Numbered from the stretch's first letter, positions 31,300 through 47,964 are shown. The stretch: DNA of 64,000 nt from the human T2T-CHM13v2.0 reference genome, Homo sapiens (GCF_009914755.1 NC_060926.1), one strand, 5' to 3'. The notes: a model not told the origin generated them from the letters alone. Numbers and translations: made by a program.

Positions 31300-31990
31300 C
31301 TTCCTGCCGCGCCCCAAGTTCATTTCCAAGTCCTTGCATTTTTTCCCCCTAACTTGTCTCGAATGCACCCATTTTCTCTCCGTCTCTGCTCCACAACATC
31401 CCCAGTTGCCTCGTCCTCGCCTGGTTTCCTGTCGTAGCTTTCTAGCTGATATCCAAGTGTCTATCCAGGTCCCAGCCAGTCCCGAGACTGCGGTGTGGCC
31501 GCCTAAAACATTTCCAAACACAAAACTCATCGTGGCACTTCCCTTTCTTAAAACTCCTTAAAGTTTTTCTCTGCTCTTTGACTAGCCTCTTGTCAAAACC
31601 TCCTCTGGCCATCATGGTCCCAACCCCACAGTGCGTTCCCTTAGGTCATTAAAAGCCCCTGCACCTTGCTGCCTCATGGCTTTTGCGCAAAGATTCACTT
31701 TGGAACCTGGAATTGGCCTCCTCTCCATTCCTCATCCTTCAGAATACAGCTGAAGTATCACTCCTTAAAGGTTTTCCTAGTTCCTAGACTGGATTCTCTC
31801 AGGTGCATCATATCACCTGTGTATGTAGATACACACACATACGATTATGTGCGTGTCCCCTTCTAGTTCAAAACCTCCAAAAGGCCAGAGATTGGCTGCA
31901 TGTGACTCATTTCCCAATATCGCTTCATGTGGCACATGCAGTGCTTGGCTCCAGGTAGGTGCTCAGTGTTTGTTGAATCATTGAACTACC
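31300..31990. mobile_element. L2 fragment(s)
   Basis: Ends in GTGCTTGGC..AGGTAGGTGCTCAGTGTTTGTTGAAT, the typical L2 3' end. Confidence 0.55.
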
Positions 31991-32079
31991 TACCCAAGCC
32001 AGACCCAGCTTTAAGTGCTTTCCTATGTTAATACCTGCCTTAAGCCTTATAGGGACCCTATGAAATGGGCATTAGTATC

Positions 32080-32401
32080 TGTAGTGTCACCCCCAAATTC
32101 ATATATTAAAAGTTGTAACCCCAACGTGATAGTATTTGGAGGGGACCTTTGGGTGGTAGTTAGATTTAGATGGGGTTATGAGGGCAGAGCCCCCATGATG
32201 GGGTTAATGACCTTGTAAGAAGAGAGAGTTCTCTCTCTCTCCACCACATGAGGACACAGCAAGAACGCAAAAGAAGAGGGCCCTCCCCAAAACCCAGTCA
32301 TACTGGCACGCTAATCTCAGACTTCTAGACTCCAGAAATATGACAAATTTCTGTTGCTTAAGCCATCTAGATTATAGTATTTTGTTATAACAGCTAAGAC
32401 A
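32080..32401 (+). mobile_element. MLT1A-like MaLR LTR
   Basis: CCCCAAATTCATATATT..TAACCCC...GGGCAGAGCCCCCATGATGGG...TTGTTATAACAG. Confidence 0.75.
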
Positions 32402-32459
32402 GTGCTCTTTAATAAGAGGAGGCAGGTGTGGCTCAGAGATCTTAATTTACTTGCCCAAG

Positions 32460-32580
32460 GGGCTCAGCACATGCCTGTAGTCCTAGCTACTTGGGAGGCT
32501 GAGGCAGGAGAATCACTTCAGCCCCGGGGTTCAAGGCCAGCCTAGGCAACATAGCAAGACCCCCATCTTTAGAGAAAAGT
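32460..32580 (+). mobile_element. FLAM-like Alu monomer
   Basis: GCCTGTAGTCCTAGCTACTTGGGAGGCTGAGG...GCAACATAGCAAGACCCC. Confidence 0.75.
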
Positions 32581-32704
32581 AAGATTTGTAAAAAGAAAAG
32601 CATACTTGTCCAGGATGGAGGCACAGATAACAACAGTGGCAGAATATTAACCCAGATCTTTTTGATTATTAATGGCCCCAGTAAATTATATTTTTGGTCT
32701 TTTG

Positions 32705-33000
32705 AGGGGTTTTTTGGGACAAGGTCTCACTCTGTTGCCCAGGATGGAGTACAGTGGTACGATCTCAACTCACTGCAGCTTTGAACTCCTGGGCTCAAGT
32801 GACCCTCCCACCTCAGCCTCCCGAGTAGCTGGGACCTGTGCAGGTGCACCCCACCATGCCTGGATAATTTTTTTTTTAATTATTTGTAGAGACAGGGTCT
32901 CTCTATGTTGGCCAGGCTGCTCTAGAACTCCTGACCTCAAGCAATTCTTCTGCCTCAGCCTCCCAAAATGCTGGGATTACAGGTGTGAGCCACTGTGCCT
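32705..33000 (-). mobile_element. AluJ
   Basis: Reverse-complement Alu dimer. Confidence 0.88.
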
Positions 33001-33255
33001 TGTAGCTCCACTAAATAATGAAAACTCAAGGAGTTTAAATGACTTGGCCAAAATCACACACTTGGTTAGTTAGAATAAGCACAACTAAATAAGGCTTTAT
33101 TAAATGTTTTAACTGAAACTATGATAGCACACAAACGAACCAATTTTTTTTTTTAACTCAGAGGCACCTAAGAAGTTAGTCCTTATTAGTCCTGTTAAGC
33201 CAGTGCTTACTCTTTGTTGAGCGTGGGAGAAATCAAGTTCTAGAAAACTTAAAAT

Positions 33256-33590
<335 letters not shown>

Positions 33591-33900
33591 CGAAAACTTA
33601 AAACGTTAAAACCTGGAGAGATACTATGGTGTTAATGGGGTAAATTGAGGATTTCAGGAGATAGATTGTCCTACTTATAATCCCACTTTCACTAAATAAT
33701 TGTGTGATTTAAACCAAGCCTTAAGCTCTCTGAGCATTAGTTTCCTTGTCTGCAAAATGGGGATAATATTTATCGGGTAGATTTGGAGGACTATTAAATA
33801 AGATTAAATGTAAAATCACATACACCATAAGTACTCAGTAAATGGTAACTGATTGAGGATGATTATATATAATCAGTACTGTTAATGCTTTATTTACTAA

Positions 33901-34173
<273 letters not shown>

Positions 34174-37100
34174 TAAAATGATTTGGGACCAAACATTTAT
34201 AACTGGCGTATTCATACCATGCTATTAAATGAATTATGATGCAGATACAATTAGTTCTTTCTACTGTTTGTTTGCTTTTTTCCTTTCTTCTGCCATTGTC
34301 CTGTTCCATCTCCCCAGGGGTCATGACATTCGTGGCAGCTGTTTAATAGTGGCCATAATGAAACTCATAAAGAGAATAAGCAGGGTTACTCTCCGATGTG
34401 CAACTTCCCATTCCATTTTCTTCCTTCCAGCCTTGCTTTTCTACAGCTTAGCTTGCTGGTGCTTTGCCTTTAGTGGAGATGGGATGTTTGTTTTGAACCA
34501 ACTCTTCCTCTTAACCCTGGATCCTGAGTTTCAAGGGCACATTCCTTCTCCCATGGGGTACATCCAACAATGTGTAAAATCCTGGAATTCTTGTCCCAGA
34601 GAAAAAGTTCTGCAGGGAACTCCAGCCATCAGCAGGGTCTCAGTAAAGCCATGGTTTAGGACATGAACAATGTCCTCTTCTTCTCACTTTAAAAAGGGCT
34701 AAATGGTATCATTTCTTTTTCAGAGTTTTCCCTGCAAGGACCTCCTGTGTACATAAAAGTTTAGACTTGTTGCTCCATTTCACTCCTAGTCTGTTCTCTT
34801 CCTAGTAAGCAGTATTCCCAAGTATCCTAGACTCAAAATCATCCATCCCTCCCCCACTGTAACACTGTAGTCCTGGGTGGATTCTGAGGCATGCAGATAA
34901 GCTTGCTTCAGCCTTATTTACCTATCCTCCTCTCTCCAGGCCCACTTAAACCCTCATCCCCCCGACTGCTTCAGTTACCCTCTGTAGTGTTACCATGCTA
35001 TGAAGGCATCTCCAGCCTTGAATTCTTTTCTGATCTTCAGGCTTATATAATGGTTTGTTGAAAACAGTCAAAATGCTGTTTTCTCTTCTGTTGTGTTATG
35101 AAGTGTTTTACAAAGAGGTAAATCTTCCTCATATTCACTTGGATAAACATATATAACAAGCAAAATGGGATATCCATAATACCCAGACTCTACTCCCAAG
35201 GAGTGTAAAGATATCTCACAAATTCTTACCTTTATATTAATTCTTCTCTGATTTTTAATTATGGTATTATGCACTGGAAAAGGCCACTTCGACTTCCTGA
35301 GAGCATTCTTTTTGTCAGATACAAATTTTGTTTGCAAGCACCCCTCTATGAAGTGTAGTCCCCCCACAAAAAAATGTAGTTTGAAACATTTGATAAGGAG
35401 CAATTGAATATGGTAATTGATGGAATAGAGCAGACCATCCCAGCATCTAGGACTGTGGTGTGTGCTGTGCACATTTGACTGAGCTTGCCTTTATATGATG
35501 CTATTAAGGTAAAGTCATATGCTTTGTGCTGTTTTTTTTTCTGAAATCCAATGTGGCGTAATGATTAAGTACACGGTGATCTGGAGTCAAGCAGAACTGA
35601 ATTATAAACCTAGCCTTGACATTTCCTACAATTTTGTCCATTGTGTAACCCATCTTGGAACTTAGTTTCATCTTTTGTAAATTTAGGGTTAATATATGTC
35701 AATCTCATACTCAAAGGGTTGTGGTGAGAAAGGAATTACAGTTTATGAAACTGTCCTAAACCAGAAGTGCAGCACAACCAATGGACATCCCTTTGCAATG
35801 GACTGTCCTAAACTTTAATATATATATTAAAGCTTAAAACACAATAAGTGCACAACATATTTTTCCATTGTTAGGACTGGCATTGTTGAGTTGCATGAAG
35901 CCAGCTACACTGGCTTATGATTTCTCCTATGAAAGAGTACATATTCTAAGCAAAGAACCACTTATTCTGTGGCTATTGGAACAGAGATACTTGCAGTAGC
36001 AATTCCTATGCAAATATAATGCAATCACCTGGAAAGGAAGCTTAAATCCTATTTACTGATTATAGTCTCTTTTAGTATCATCTCAGATAAAGTATCCACC
36101 TGATTCCTAACACCATCGTTGGCATAATATTAGGACGTGACAATGAAAATGTTTATAATTTTGTTTCATTAACTTAAACATCTTTTATTTACATCATTTT
36201 GTTGCTCATTTAAGAACAAAAAAAAGCCTAAGCAATTAAAAACAGTAATTTTGTCCTACGTACTAGAGACAGCATATATGAAGCAAACAAACCACCCATG
36301 AATATCATGATTAATGTGTATTTCAATCAGTTCAATTGTGTGTATATGTATTGATCAAGTTATTGGCTGCAGTGTACTGTACTGAACCGTTTTAGCATGC
36401 CACAGTCTCTTTGACTAGTACATACCAACTCAGTCCCTATGTCATGTACACCTTGGCATTTAGTTTAGAATTACCCAAGTCTCTAGAAGCATCTAGATAT
36501 TTTAAGATTGTTTTTGAAAGGATGTTAACTCCATTCTTGTGGGCACCTGCCAAATTTCTGTCACAGGCTTAAAAGTAACTAGTCTAAGGACATAGTTACA
36601 TTACTATGACCCCACAGTAGTTGTTTTAAAGGTTTTGGTATCTTCTGTACTTCCTGATCATTTATCAAATTCAGTCTGACACACATATTTCACTGGTCAT
36701 TGTTTTTTGTTCAATAGACTTCAGAGTTCAGCCCATTCCACTGCCTTTTATTGCTTGCTATTTTTAAGGAGACACCTCAGTAGAAATCCTCTTTTTCTGT
36801 ACAGTGTAATTACTGAAGCACATAAAGTGGTTATAACAGGAATTTATCACTTTCAGGTGGAAATACTCCCAGCCAAATAAAAGATAGAGTAGGAATGCCA
36901 GAAGCAATTTATAACAGGCTCACTGACATTTTGTGTTGAGAAGCTCTACCACTGAATAAGCATCAAGTCATAAATCTCTGTAAACGTGATGAAAGCAAGC
37001 AAGTTATACTTTGAGGGGATACTATAATAAAAGGATGCTGTGATGCAAAGCAGGAAAATTCTGTTGACAAAAATCACCAAAAACAGCTGTCAGTAAAATT

Positions 37101-37817
37101 TACAAACAGCTTGTTTTAAATTCTGTTGGATTCTAGCAGCTGTTTGTTTGCACATAAAATGTTCATTTAGGAAATGAGCATTGGCCCTAGTTTGGGTTCC
37201 ATTGTGTTTCAAAATTCTGTAATCAGTTTAATCAAAATTCATGCAATAATTTAAATTTCATTCAAAGCACAAGTGAGAAGTAACCAATATATTTAAATAT
37301 GCCTCATATACAATTTGTGTTCAATAAATATGGGAATAAAAAAAAAAGAATGACTATATACCATTATCTGTAAAAGCAATGATCAATTACAACATGCATT
37401 TCAGCTTAATTTTTCTTCATCCATATATATTCTTTTAGAAATTATGCCTTGTTCATATTGGACTCATTTTACTCTTATTGTTAATAATCCTTAAGAGCCC
37501 TTCAGCAATATATTTAGAATTTAGAACGCTGACTTAAAATTTAGTTACAATTATCAGACATAGTCTATTAAATTTCGCTCATGCCTTTAGTTACTTTTCT
37601 CACTATCTCAAAATATAGCTTATATATTTTTTCATCTGTAAAGTAGGGATAACAGAAAATACTTTACTGCTATTATATGGATAAAATAAGCTAATACACT
37701 TAGAAAAGTGCTTGGAACATATTAAGTTCCTAATAAATGCTAGCATTTACCACTGTACAAAAAACTCTAGGTTCAAGAATAATAAATTGATCAGAATTTT
37801 TTTTAGGTAATAAGAGC

Positions 37818-37888
37818 ATGTGTGTATATATATGTATGTGTGTGTATATATGTATATATAAGTGTGTGTGTATATATGTATGTGTATA
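37818..37888. repeat. (TA/TG)n microsatellite
   Basis: Alternating purine-pyrimidine run. Confidence 0.85.
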
Positions 37889-38244
37889 TGATATGGTTTG
37901 GCTGTGTCCCCACCCAAACCTCACCTTGAATTGTAATAATACCCATGTGCCAAAGGTGGGGACAGGTGGAGATAATTGAATCATGGGGGTGGCTTCCCCC
38001 ATACTGTTCTTGTGATAGTGAATAAGTCTCATGAGATCTGATGGTTTTATAAACGGGCATTCCTCCACACAAGCTTTCTTGCCTGCTGCCATGTAAGAAG
38101 TGACCTTGCTCCTCATTCACCTTCCGCCATGATGGTGAGGCCTCCCCAGCCGTGTGGAACTGTGAGTCAGTTAGACCTCTTTCCTTCATAAATTACCCAG
38201 TCTTGGGTATGTCTTTATTAACAGCTTGAGAACAGACTAATACA
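37889..38244 (+). mobile_element. THE1 (THE1C-like) solo LTR
   Basis: TGATATGGTTTGGCTGTGTCCCCACCC...GACTAATACA; 5-bp TSD GTATA. Confidence 0.92.
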
Positions 38245-40149
38245 GTATAGGTATACACACACACAATACACACATACCATTTTTAGGTATTAATTTGGGA
38301 AATTTGGAAGCCGAGTCAAACCAAAAAATACAATCATAAAAATAAATATAATGTTGTGTTCTCTTTATTCTTAAACCAAACACCATGATCATCTTTCCTT
38401 CCCTGATTTTACTCACATCATTGAGAAAAATATATTGCTTTGGTTATATTTTCTAGAAAAAAGTCTGTATAATCCAGATTCATCATATAATCCTAACAAT
38501 CACCCAGTAGTATAGACACCATTACCCCGTTTGACAGAAGAGGAAAAGGGACTTCAAGCTATTTAGTGACTTTCCTAAAAACATATAGCTTACAGATAGC
38601 AGAGCAAGGAAATAGTTCCAGGTTTGCCTGACTCCAAAGCCCAAGCACATAAGTAGCACATAACCTAGTTTTAATTACGTTCAACTTCAGAAAAGGATGT
38701 TATTTAAATCCCAATCAGTTGAAATACGAGTTCATACCCATTTTCAGCACAATTATACATTGTTACTTACAGAAAAAGTTTGTTATAGTCTTTCCTCTCA
38801 GAGAATTTAGTTCCTAGTTATTAAGACTATGCAAGACACAATATAAATAATATGAGACATTATAATTAAGTGTTCAATTCTGTGATCCACATAAAGTATC
38901 ACAAAAGGTCATGGGAGAGAATCCTTACAGTTGCTTAATGAAGATTGGAACGATCATGGATATCTGTGGGAGAGGTGAAAGTGGGAGTTAAGTCTTAGGT
39001 TTGAGTAGTAGAAGGGAGGAGGAAAATTATTTTAGATGGGCAAAATCATAGGAATGCAGACACACAAATGATAGGGGAACATCACTACCAGCTTGACTAG
39101 AGCAAAAGTGTTGATTGAAGCATATAAAATTACTGGTTTTGTAGGTCAAAAATGGTCAGACAACAGCAATTTCATCTGGCTCAACCTAATACCTATTATA
39201 TAGTAGTGATTATAGTTAGTACACAGCTAAATGTAATAACGAACTCCTAGAATTTGGGGAAGGATCAGTGAAAAGTCACTTTCTGAGAGGGAAGCTAGCA
39301 GCTATCAATAAATAATGGCTGAGATTTTTATCTGTTCATATATGCCACCCTAAGAGATTTGGAAATATGGTGCTTAGCTATTCAAAGAAAAGCCCCATTG
39401 CGACCAAGCAAATAGACTAAAATTAAAGCCCTGAAATATTTTTTTAAAAGCTTGCCTTTCAGGGCAACTTGAGCCAGGGAGTAAATATTAAGTCACATTA
39501 TTAATAACAACCCACATTTATATAGCTTTGCCATCCACCAGTGGTGTGTGCTAGCTGGCATGTTTAGGCTCACAAGAGCCATTTATTAAATTTTCAGGAA
39601 TTTTTAGGAGTTTTGCCAGCTGTTTGTTAAATGTTGTCATTATTTAAAATTATATTATGTGAACTTAGAATAACTTTTTAAAAACAAAGGTAATATTAAA
39701 AACTCACTTCCTAAATATTTTACTGCATTTACTTATTATCTATGCTCTTGAAGTTATTTACATTTTTTTCTATCCCTATAGTAGAAATGCTATAGTATAT
39801 GATAGTGTGCTCTTGCACATCTTATCAACTTCACATTCAGTGACATCACTTTGGTAGCTTGAAATCAGCCACAGTGAGAGTATTTACAACAGGAATATCT
39901 GTGTAAGGCTTAATTAGGGCTTAATATATTCTTTTGTTGATTGTTTATTCCAGACATAGATGAATAAAATGTAATAATACAGAATACATTTACTTCAGTA
40001 TCTTGAAAGCAGCCATGGTGAGAGTATTTACACCAAGAATATTGGTGTAAGGCTTAATTAGGGCTTAATATATTTCATTGATTGTTTATTCTAAACGTAC
40101 ATGAGAAAAATGTAATAATGCAGGTTACTTTTAAATATATGTCATGTCT

Positions 40150-40372
40150 GCCATGGCAAAAGAAATATATTATGGACTTTGGGGACTCAGGAGGAAGGTG
40201 AGAGTGGGGTGAGAGATAAAAGACTACACATTGGGTACAGTGTATACCGTTTGGGTGACGGGTGCACCAAAATCTCAGAAATCACCACCAAAGAACGTAT
40301 TCATGTAACCAAAACCACCTGTTTCCCAAAAACTATTGAAATAAAATAAAATACATTTTAAAAATGTTTAAA
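40150..40372 (+). mobile_element. L1PB 3' end
   Basis: GGACTTTGGGGACTCAGG...GATAAAAGACTACACATTGGGTACAGTGTA...TGAAATAAAA; TSD TATGTCATGTCT. Confidence 0.85.
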
Positions 40373-40424
40373 AAGTATGTCATGTCTATAGATGTTGTAT
40401 TGTGAATAGGTACAAAAATTGGTG

Positions 40425-40989
<565 letters not shown>

Positions 40990-41106
40990 TAGTCGCAAAC
41001 ACAGTGCTGTTGGCACAACATGGGATCCAGACTTTGCCTCCTCTCAGGATCTGTCACTGAGCTCCATAGTGATGTTTACTGCCTAGACTCAGAAGCTTGG
41101 CATGCT

Positions 41107-41452
<346 letters not shown>

Positions 41453-42106
41453 TCAAGCCCCTCAACCCCTCCAGTCCAAAACTCTCCCTAGGTGCTGCCT
41501 TTACAAGGTACTCCATTTCCACACAGCTCTACTAAAATAGGGATTGTGGCTTTTCCCCATTTTTGTGTCTACTCAAATAATTTAGTGCTGCCAATGCCTT
41601 CATTATTTCTCAGAAGCATGCAAAATTGGCTCTTATGGTTTTGTGCTTTTTCCATTCATATCACAAATCCATGAGGGGCTGGTTTGGAGGAACACTTTCT
41701 ACCCCACTTTTCCTTCTTTATGTGTCTCACCAACTCGCACATTATATATTTAACTTGTGTAATTTATTATTTATATTTATTTATGCAACACCAGCTTCAA
41801 GAAAGCATCAATTGTTGTCTGTACATTGCTATATCCCCTGTACCTAGGACAGCACCAGGGATGTAATAGGTGTAGGAATGAATGAATGAGGACAGAGTGA
41901 AGACACATGCCGTAATCAAAATCAGCTTGGCCCTTAGATGCTAAGGTATTATTTCCAGACCAAAATTGCTCTTTTCTCTTAGGAGAAGGCTTCCCCACTG
42001 CCCCCAGAGATTTCCAGATAACCAACCCTTTTTGGGATGGTTTGTGCCCTTTAAGTTCTCTAAAATGACTAAATTTTTCTGGCTTTTGGTGAGTATTGCT
42101 TAGGTT

Positions 42107-42816
42107 TGTATAGGTGGAGAGAAAGCTTCCTCTCCACCTGCTGAAGTTTCACTGCAATAGACAGATTAATAGGATAAAAAGGCATACAAATTTATTGAAC
42201 ATGCATAAACATAGGAAACATTTAAAATACGAGATTCAAAGAAGAGCCAGATGGTTGATACTACCCTCTTCATAATAGACAAGGAAATATGAGATATAGT
42301 CAATCATGAGGAGTAGTAAATGATTTTCAGGGGAAATTAATGAACCCCAAGAACAATGGCCTGGGATGAAGTTTCTCAGAGTTCTGGGGGAGGTGGCAGG
42401 ATGATGAGTGGCTGAACTTCACTGGGAAAATATGCAAATAGTCTTGTAGGTAAGTAATCTCTTGGAGCTGCCGTCAGAGAAGAGATGAAAAGCCTAGGCA
42501 TGGTGCTGACTCCCAGTCAGTTCTCTTCTTCAATGGTTGAACTTTCCTGGTCATTTGATGAGATTTCTAGGAAGTGGGTCTTAAGACAATTGCATTTCTG
42601 TTGGAAAGAAGCTTCCTTAGTCAGATAAGGAAATCTTAGAATCTCTCTTGGTGCTTTGAGCAAGGAAAAAGGTCAGAGAGAGAGGGTGGTTGGGGAAGGT
42701 CAGAGAGAGACTTTAGTTCTGAGGCTTATTTCTGAGGCCTTTCAGTTTTCTTTAATTCAAAGCACTTAGCTTGCCAATGGGGCATATTTTAGGGTATTGT
42801 TTTCTGCACTCCAATA
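42107..42816 (-). mobile_element. Old ERV1-class (MER4-group) solo LTR, subfamily unassigned
   Basis: GACAGATTAATAGG...TTTATT near the left end and GGGGCATATTTTAGGGTATTGTTTTCTG near the right end, the architecture shared with the 59418-60239 element. Confidence 0.5.
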
Positions 42817-42973
42817 GATTCAATCTACTTCTTCTCTTCCCATTGTCTGAAGAAAAATAAAACCTAGGAGTGTATAAAATCAAAAGTTTAAAAAAATTCA
42901 TTTTCTTAACATGTCAGACCAGATTTCTTTTGTGAGATGGTTTGGGAAAATTCTTGATTAGATGCTTGGCTAA

Positions 42974-43273
42974 GACTGGGTGTGATGGCTCACACCTGTA
43001 ATCCCAGCACTTTGGGAGGCCGAGGTGGGCAGATCACAAGGTCAGGAGTTCGAGACCAGCCTGGCCAACATGGTGAAACCCCGTCTCTACTAAAAATACA
43101 AAAATTAGCTGAGCATGGTGGTGGGCACCTGCAATTCCAGCTACTCGGGAGGCTCAGGCAGGAGAATCACCTGAACCGGAAGGCGGAGGTGACAGTGAAC
43201 CAAGATCACGCCACTGCACTCCACTTGGCCAACAAGAGCAAAACTCCATCTCAAAAAAAAAAAAAAAAAAAAA
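42974..43273 (+). mobile_element. AluS
   Basis: Full dimer with poly(A); TSD AGATGCTTGGCTAAG. Confidence 0.92.
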
Positions 43274-46200
43274 GATGCTTGGCTAAGAGGGGAATTAGCA
43301 GAACCCAAAGTAACTTTCCATGAGGCAAAGAGAGAAATTAAGTTTAAGCCATGGGAAGGAGGAAGAGAGGAAAGAGGATGGTGGGGCAGAGAGAGGAATC
43401 AATATGTCATAATCATAGACTGGACTTGAATCGATTAAAAGCAGCCAGGGAAAATCCCAGGATTGGGGTGGCTGAGAACTTTAAGAACAAGAGTCCTTAA
43501 TTATGGAATGTTTTTTAGCAGAATATAGGATTGCTATGGAAACAAATCTGAAGTCTGGATTTATGAGGGCTGGCCCCTGGAAAATGCCATGTTAGCCATG
43601 TAACTGAGTATAAAGGTGAAGATGTTTCTTGCCTCACCAGGCCTCTTTTGTACAAGTGAAGTAGCTGTATACATTATATATAGCTCATCATGATGTGATG
43701 AAAGAAAGGAGGGAGGGAAGGAGGAAAGAAAAGAAAAGAAAGGAGGGAGGCAGGACCCAGCAATCCAGAACCTGGAAATAATTGGGAAAGTAATATTGCC
43801 AGCAAAGATGGTGCCTGCTGAAAGCTCAGATTTGTGAGAGCCAGGTTTGAAATCGAATCTTTTGTTTTATCTCAGTAAGACTGGGTGAAGGCTTCTATTT
43901 TTTTGTTATGTTTTTTAATATCAGAAAAACAGTACATCCTGCTCCCAAGGGGAAACGTTTTGCTCCCAAACAAGGTGGGCAAGATAGATATGGTACGAGG
44001 TGTTTCAGGTTTCTATTTCCCTCACTCTCCAAACTGCCCAGCCAGCCTGTGAAATGCATGCTTATCATTCCAGAGGCAAGACATGACAGTCCTTATGGGT
44101 AAAACATATTACCTGAATTTGTTTCTGATCATATTATCTTCTCAATAGAGTTCTGTTTTCACACTCAGTGGGCTTGATGTCGAAGATTTTCACATGTTTC
44201 CAGCTTATTGCTTTAGGTGAAGGAGGATGCTGTGATAACAGTAATTATAAAAACCAAGAACAGAAAAAGGAAAAATATTCTTTGTTTTCCAACTACTTTT
44301 AATGGTTAGGAGTATTTAAAAATAAAAGGAAAAATACATTTTAAAATGTATATGTTTTTAAAAAGAATTTATAAGCATTTTGAGGGGGACAAAAGAGAAA
44401 CAAAAGGGATGGGATAACTAATAATGAGTAGGAAAAAAAAGAAAAACTAAGGCAGCAGTGTTCTTGGAGCTGTAACATGTTTATTCAAGCCCTGGCCCTC
44501 TCATTTACTTTTTTTTTTTTTTAAAACCATTAAAAGTTTTATCAGGTGGAGCGACCTTGGGAAGAAGAAAAAGTCTTAGCATTAAAAAGCCATTTAATGC
44601 TAAAATCTTTCCAATTAATCTCATGCATCAAATGGTTCCTGAGAGCTTATCATACGCCAGTTGCTATATTAGGTGCTGGAATTAGAGGGGCGAATAAGAC
44701 TGACCTGACCCTGTCCTCATAGAGTTCACAACCTGTGCTTCCCTTTTATTAACTCTAAAATGGAAAAAATAATAATTGCCTTCTCATAGCGTTGCTGTGA
44801 GGATCAAATGGGAATACCTATGTAAAAGTAGTCTGTAAAGCATACATGTGAGAGGTTATTATACTTCTCTTTGTCCAAACTCAGAATAAGAGGTACTCAG
44901 CCAACCTCACATTTGTTAAAATTAAAACAAAATTATTAACTTCAATTGTCAGTGCACAATTGCCTCCGTAGAAAAAAAAATACCTTCTTTAAAAAACCTA
45001 CCAAGGTTTTGTGTAATTCCCATTATGATCAATAGATAATGTGGCTTGCTTTGAAATTTCTCCTCTATATTTCATTTCCAAGTAGGAATTAAACTTCCTT
45101 TCTTGAATTATAGGGTGCCAGAATAAATGGTTGAAGCATTGGGTGAGAATCACAAAATCTAGCTCATTCTGTCCCAGTAGGTAAACTGCAGCCAAAAAAA
45201 AAAAAAAAAAAAAAACCTATAATTTAAATAAAGATGTCCTAAGACTTAAGGTAATTTTTTTTATCATACAACATCAGTACAAGATAGTAAAAAATCCATA
45301 TCTAAGGATAATTTCTTAAAATATTGAATTAACCATTTTATCTGCCCATTCAGAGGATAATTTTAATATTGGATCAAACAGAATCATAGCTCTATGTCCC
45401 CTTCTAGTCTCATTTATATACTACGTGTCTTTAAATCAAATTACAGCAGTAATATGTTCATAGATGAAACAACTTTGACAAGCTTAGCTCTGCTAAGTGT
45501 TTGTAATTATTCAAAAATTGTGAAGTATTACTTGAGTATTTCTTGAATGTCAAGTTTTACTTGTTGACAAGCCACACCAGTTTTGAAGTAGTGGTGATAC
45601 CAGCTTAAAGGGTATTTGATTCATTAATCTTCTAAATAAAGTAATTAACTTTTGAAAATAAAGGATACAAATATAGACCTCGCAAGACAATAAAATAGAT
45701 AAATACATCATCTTCTTTTACACAAGCTGAAATGTTTGTAGTTTTCGTCCATAAGTCAATTCATAGATGCATTTCTCTGTTGTACTTTACCTAAGTTTAT
45801 AAGTAAGCCTAGAACAAAACCACTATACATTACAACTAAAATCAAATGTATATAAATATAATAGGGCATACATACAAATATATTATTATACTAGGATATA
45901 AGGTTAAACTGACTCATTCTTAAATTTATAAGATTAAAGAGTCACAGATTGTAGAACTAATAGTTTTTCTGCAGTAAATAATTGCGGATCACAACATTCT
46001 GAAGTGCAAACAACTTGGTCCATGCAAGCATGAAAAATAAACAGATCATTAAATTTGGTTTATGCGGTGTTTAAACACGAGTAATGCAGTTTTTTACTTT
46101 ATAAGACAAGTATATTTTAAAATCAATTTGTAATGTGACAAAGCTAGTAAAATAGTTTTGGTAGTGATATGATATACTTTGATAGCTTACTTCTATGCAA

Positions 46201-46591
46201 ACATGAATCAAGACTTTCATGTTCTGTCAGAGCAACAAAGAACCTCGCCTTGCTAAGAGAGAAATATGAATTACCAACAATACACTTCTTTTTCTTTCCC
46301 TGACTACAAAATCCCAATAAAGACTAAACAATGTACTTCCTAAAGGAAAGACTTAAGGTGAAAAATGCCACCATGCTTTATGGAAAAGAAGGGAAGTACA
46401 ACGATATTCCGAGTACTTGCACAGCAGCCTCTATGTTTTAAAATAACTCCGCAGGTTATGTTTTTCATGTGATACTTAGTACAAATGGTTTATTTATTAA
46501 AATACCTACAAGAGACTTCAAATAAAAATATAGTATTCATTATTTTACAAGTTTTGGCATTTTTTAATATAAGTTGAAAATGTGAAAATCA

Positions 46592-46970
<379 letters not shown>

Positions 46971-47964
46971 AATGAACAATTTTTAAATTGCTTTCTGACA
47001 TGACTTTAGAGAGGATGACAGCTCCTTTTCCACAACACATTACTCATATTCTGCATAAGTGAAATGAAGAATATCATGAAACATTTTTTAATCACAGTTG
47101 ATGAACTACATTTTACCTAATTATTTAAGTTAAATATAATTTTAAAATCTTATAAGGCATGTTTTTGTAAAGAGTAATCATTTCATATTTGGAGCTATAT
47201 TACTGGTGAGATTTTCTTTAAAATAATCTATTAAGATCAACTGTAAAGTGTCTGAGGAATACAGTTTACAAATATAGCTCCTCAAGTTTCAAACTTAGCC
47301 TAAAATTTATGCCTAATACTCATGTCTATTATGCGTCTATACTAAAAGCAGAGATGACCAAAAGGTCAAGTACTAATTACCTATAGTTCATTAAAATGAA
47401 CTGGGAAGATATGTACCAATATTTTTTATTCCTCACTTTTATGGATGGCATTGGCTGAATCATAATTAACAAGGCTGTTCAGTCATATACCGCTTTTCAA
47501 TTACTCAAGCCAGAAAGAGACTGAAAATTTATTCAGGCAGTGGGGTTCTCTGATACCTAGACTTTAAAAAAAATAGTAATACATTGGATAGGGAAGAGAT
47601 CAAGTTTCAAACCTAGAATGAAAGAGATTTGTTTTAATACGCCACAGAGTAATAATACAATAAGAAATGCCTTCTGAGATTTTTGCACATTATACATGTT
47701 AGATTGGTTAAAAACTTGATTTTTTAAAACAAAAAAATAGGATTTTTTGTTTGTTTTGGTCAGAAAGTGTTTAGAAAGGTCTCTGAAATGATAAATAAGC
47801 AATTTAAAAGCATGGTTTCTGATTTCTAGGACATTCTGGGAGAAAGTATGCAGAAAAGGAAGGGCAAGCACTTTCAGAAACACCTACTCCTATTTAGGAG
47901 ATTGGATGGAGTAGCATGATCATCTAAGAGAACATCCAAGAGATGTTGATTCAAAAGAAAAAAA

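Noticed and set aside
34229-35472. 145-aa (+) and 134-aa (-) ORFs upstream of BARD1
   Set aside because: No recognisable domain, and composition is typical of random AT-rich ORFs.
44576-44603. 11-bp-arm hairpin TTAGCATTAAA-N6-TTTAATGCTAA
   Set aside because: Isolated, AT-rich and too short for a miRNA/snoRNA or MITE; plausible by chance in 64 kb.
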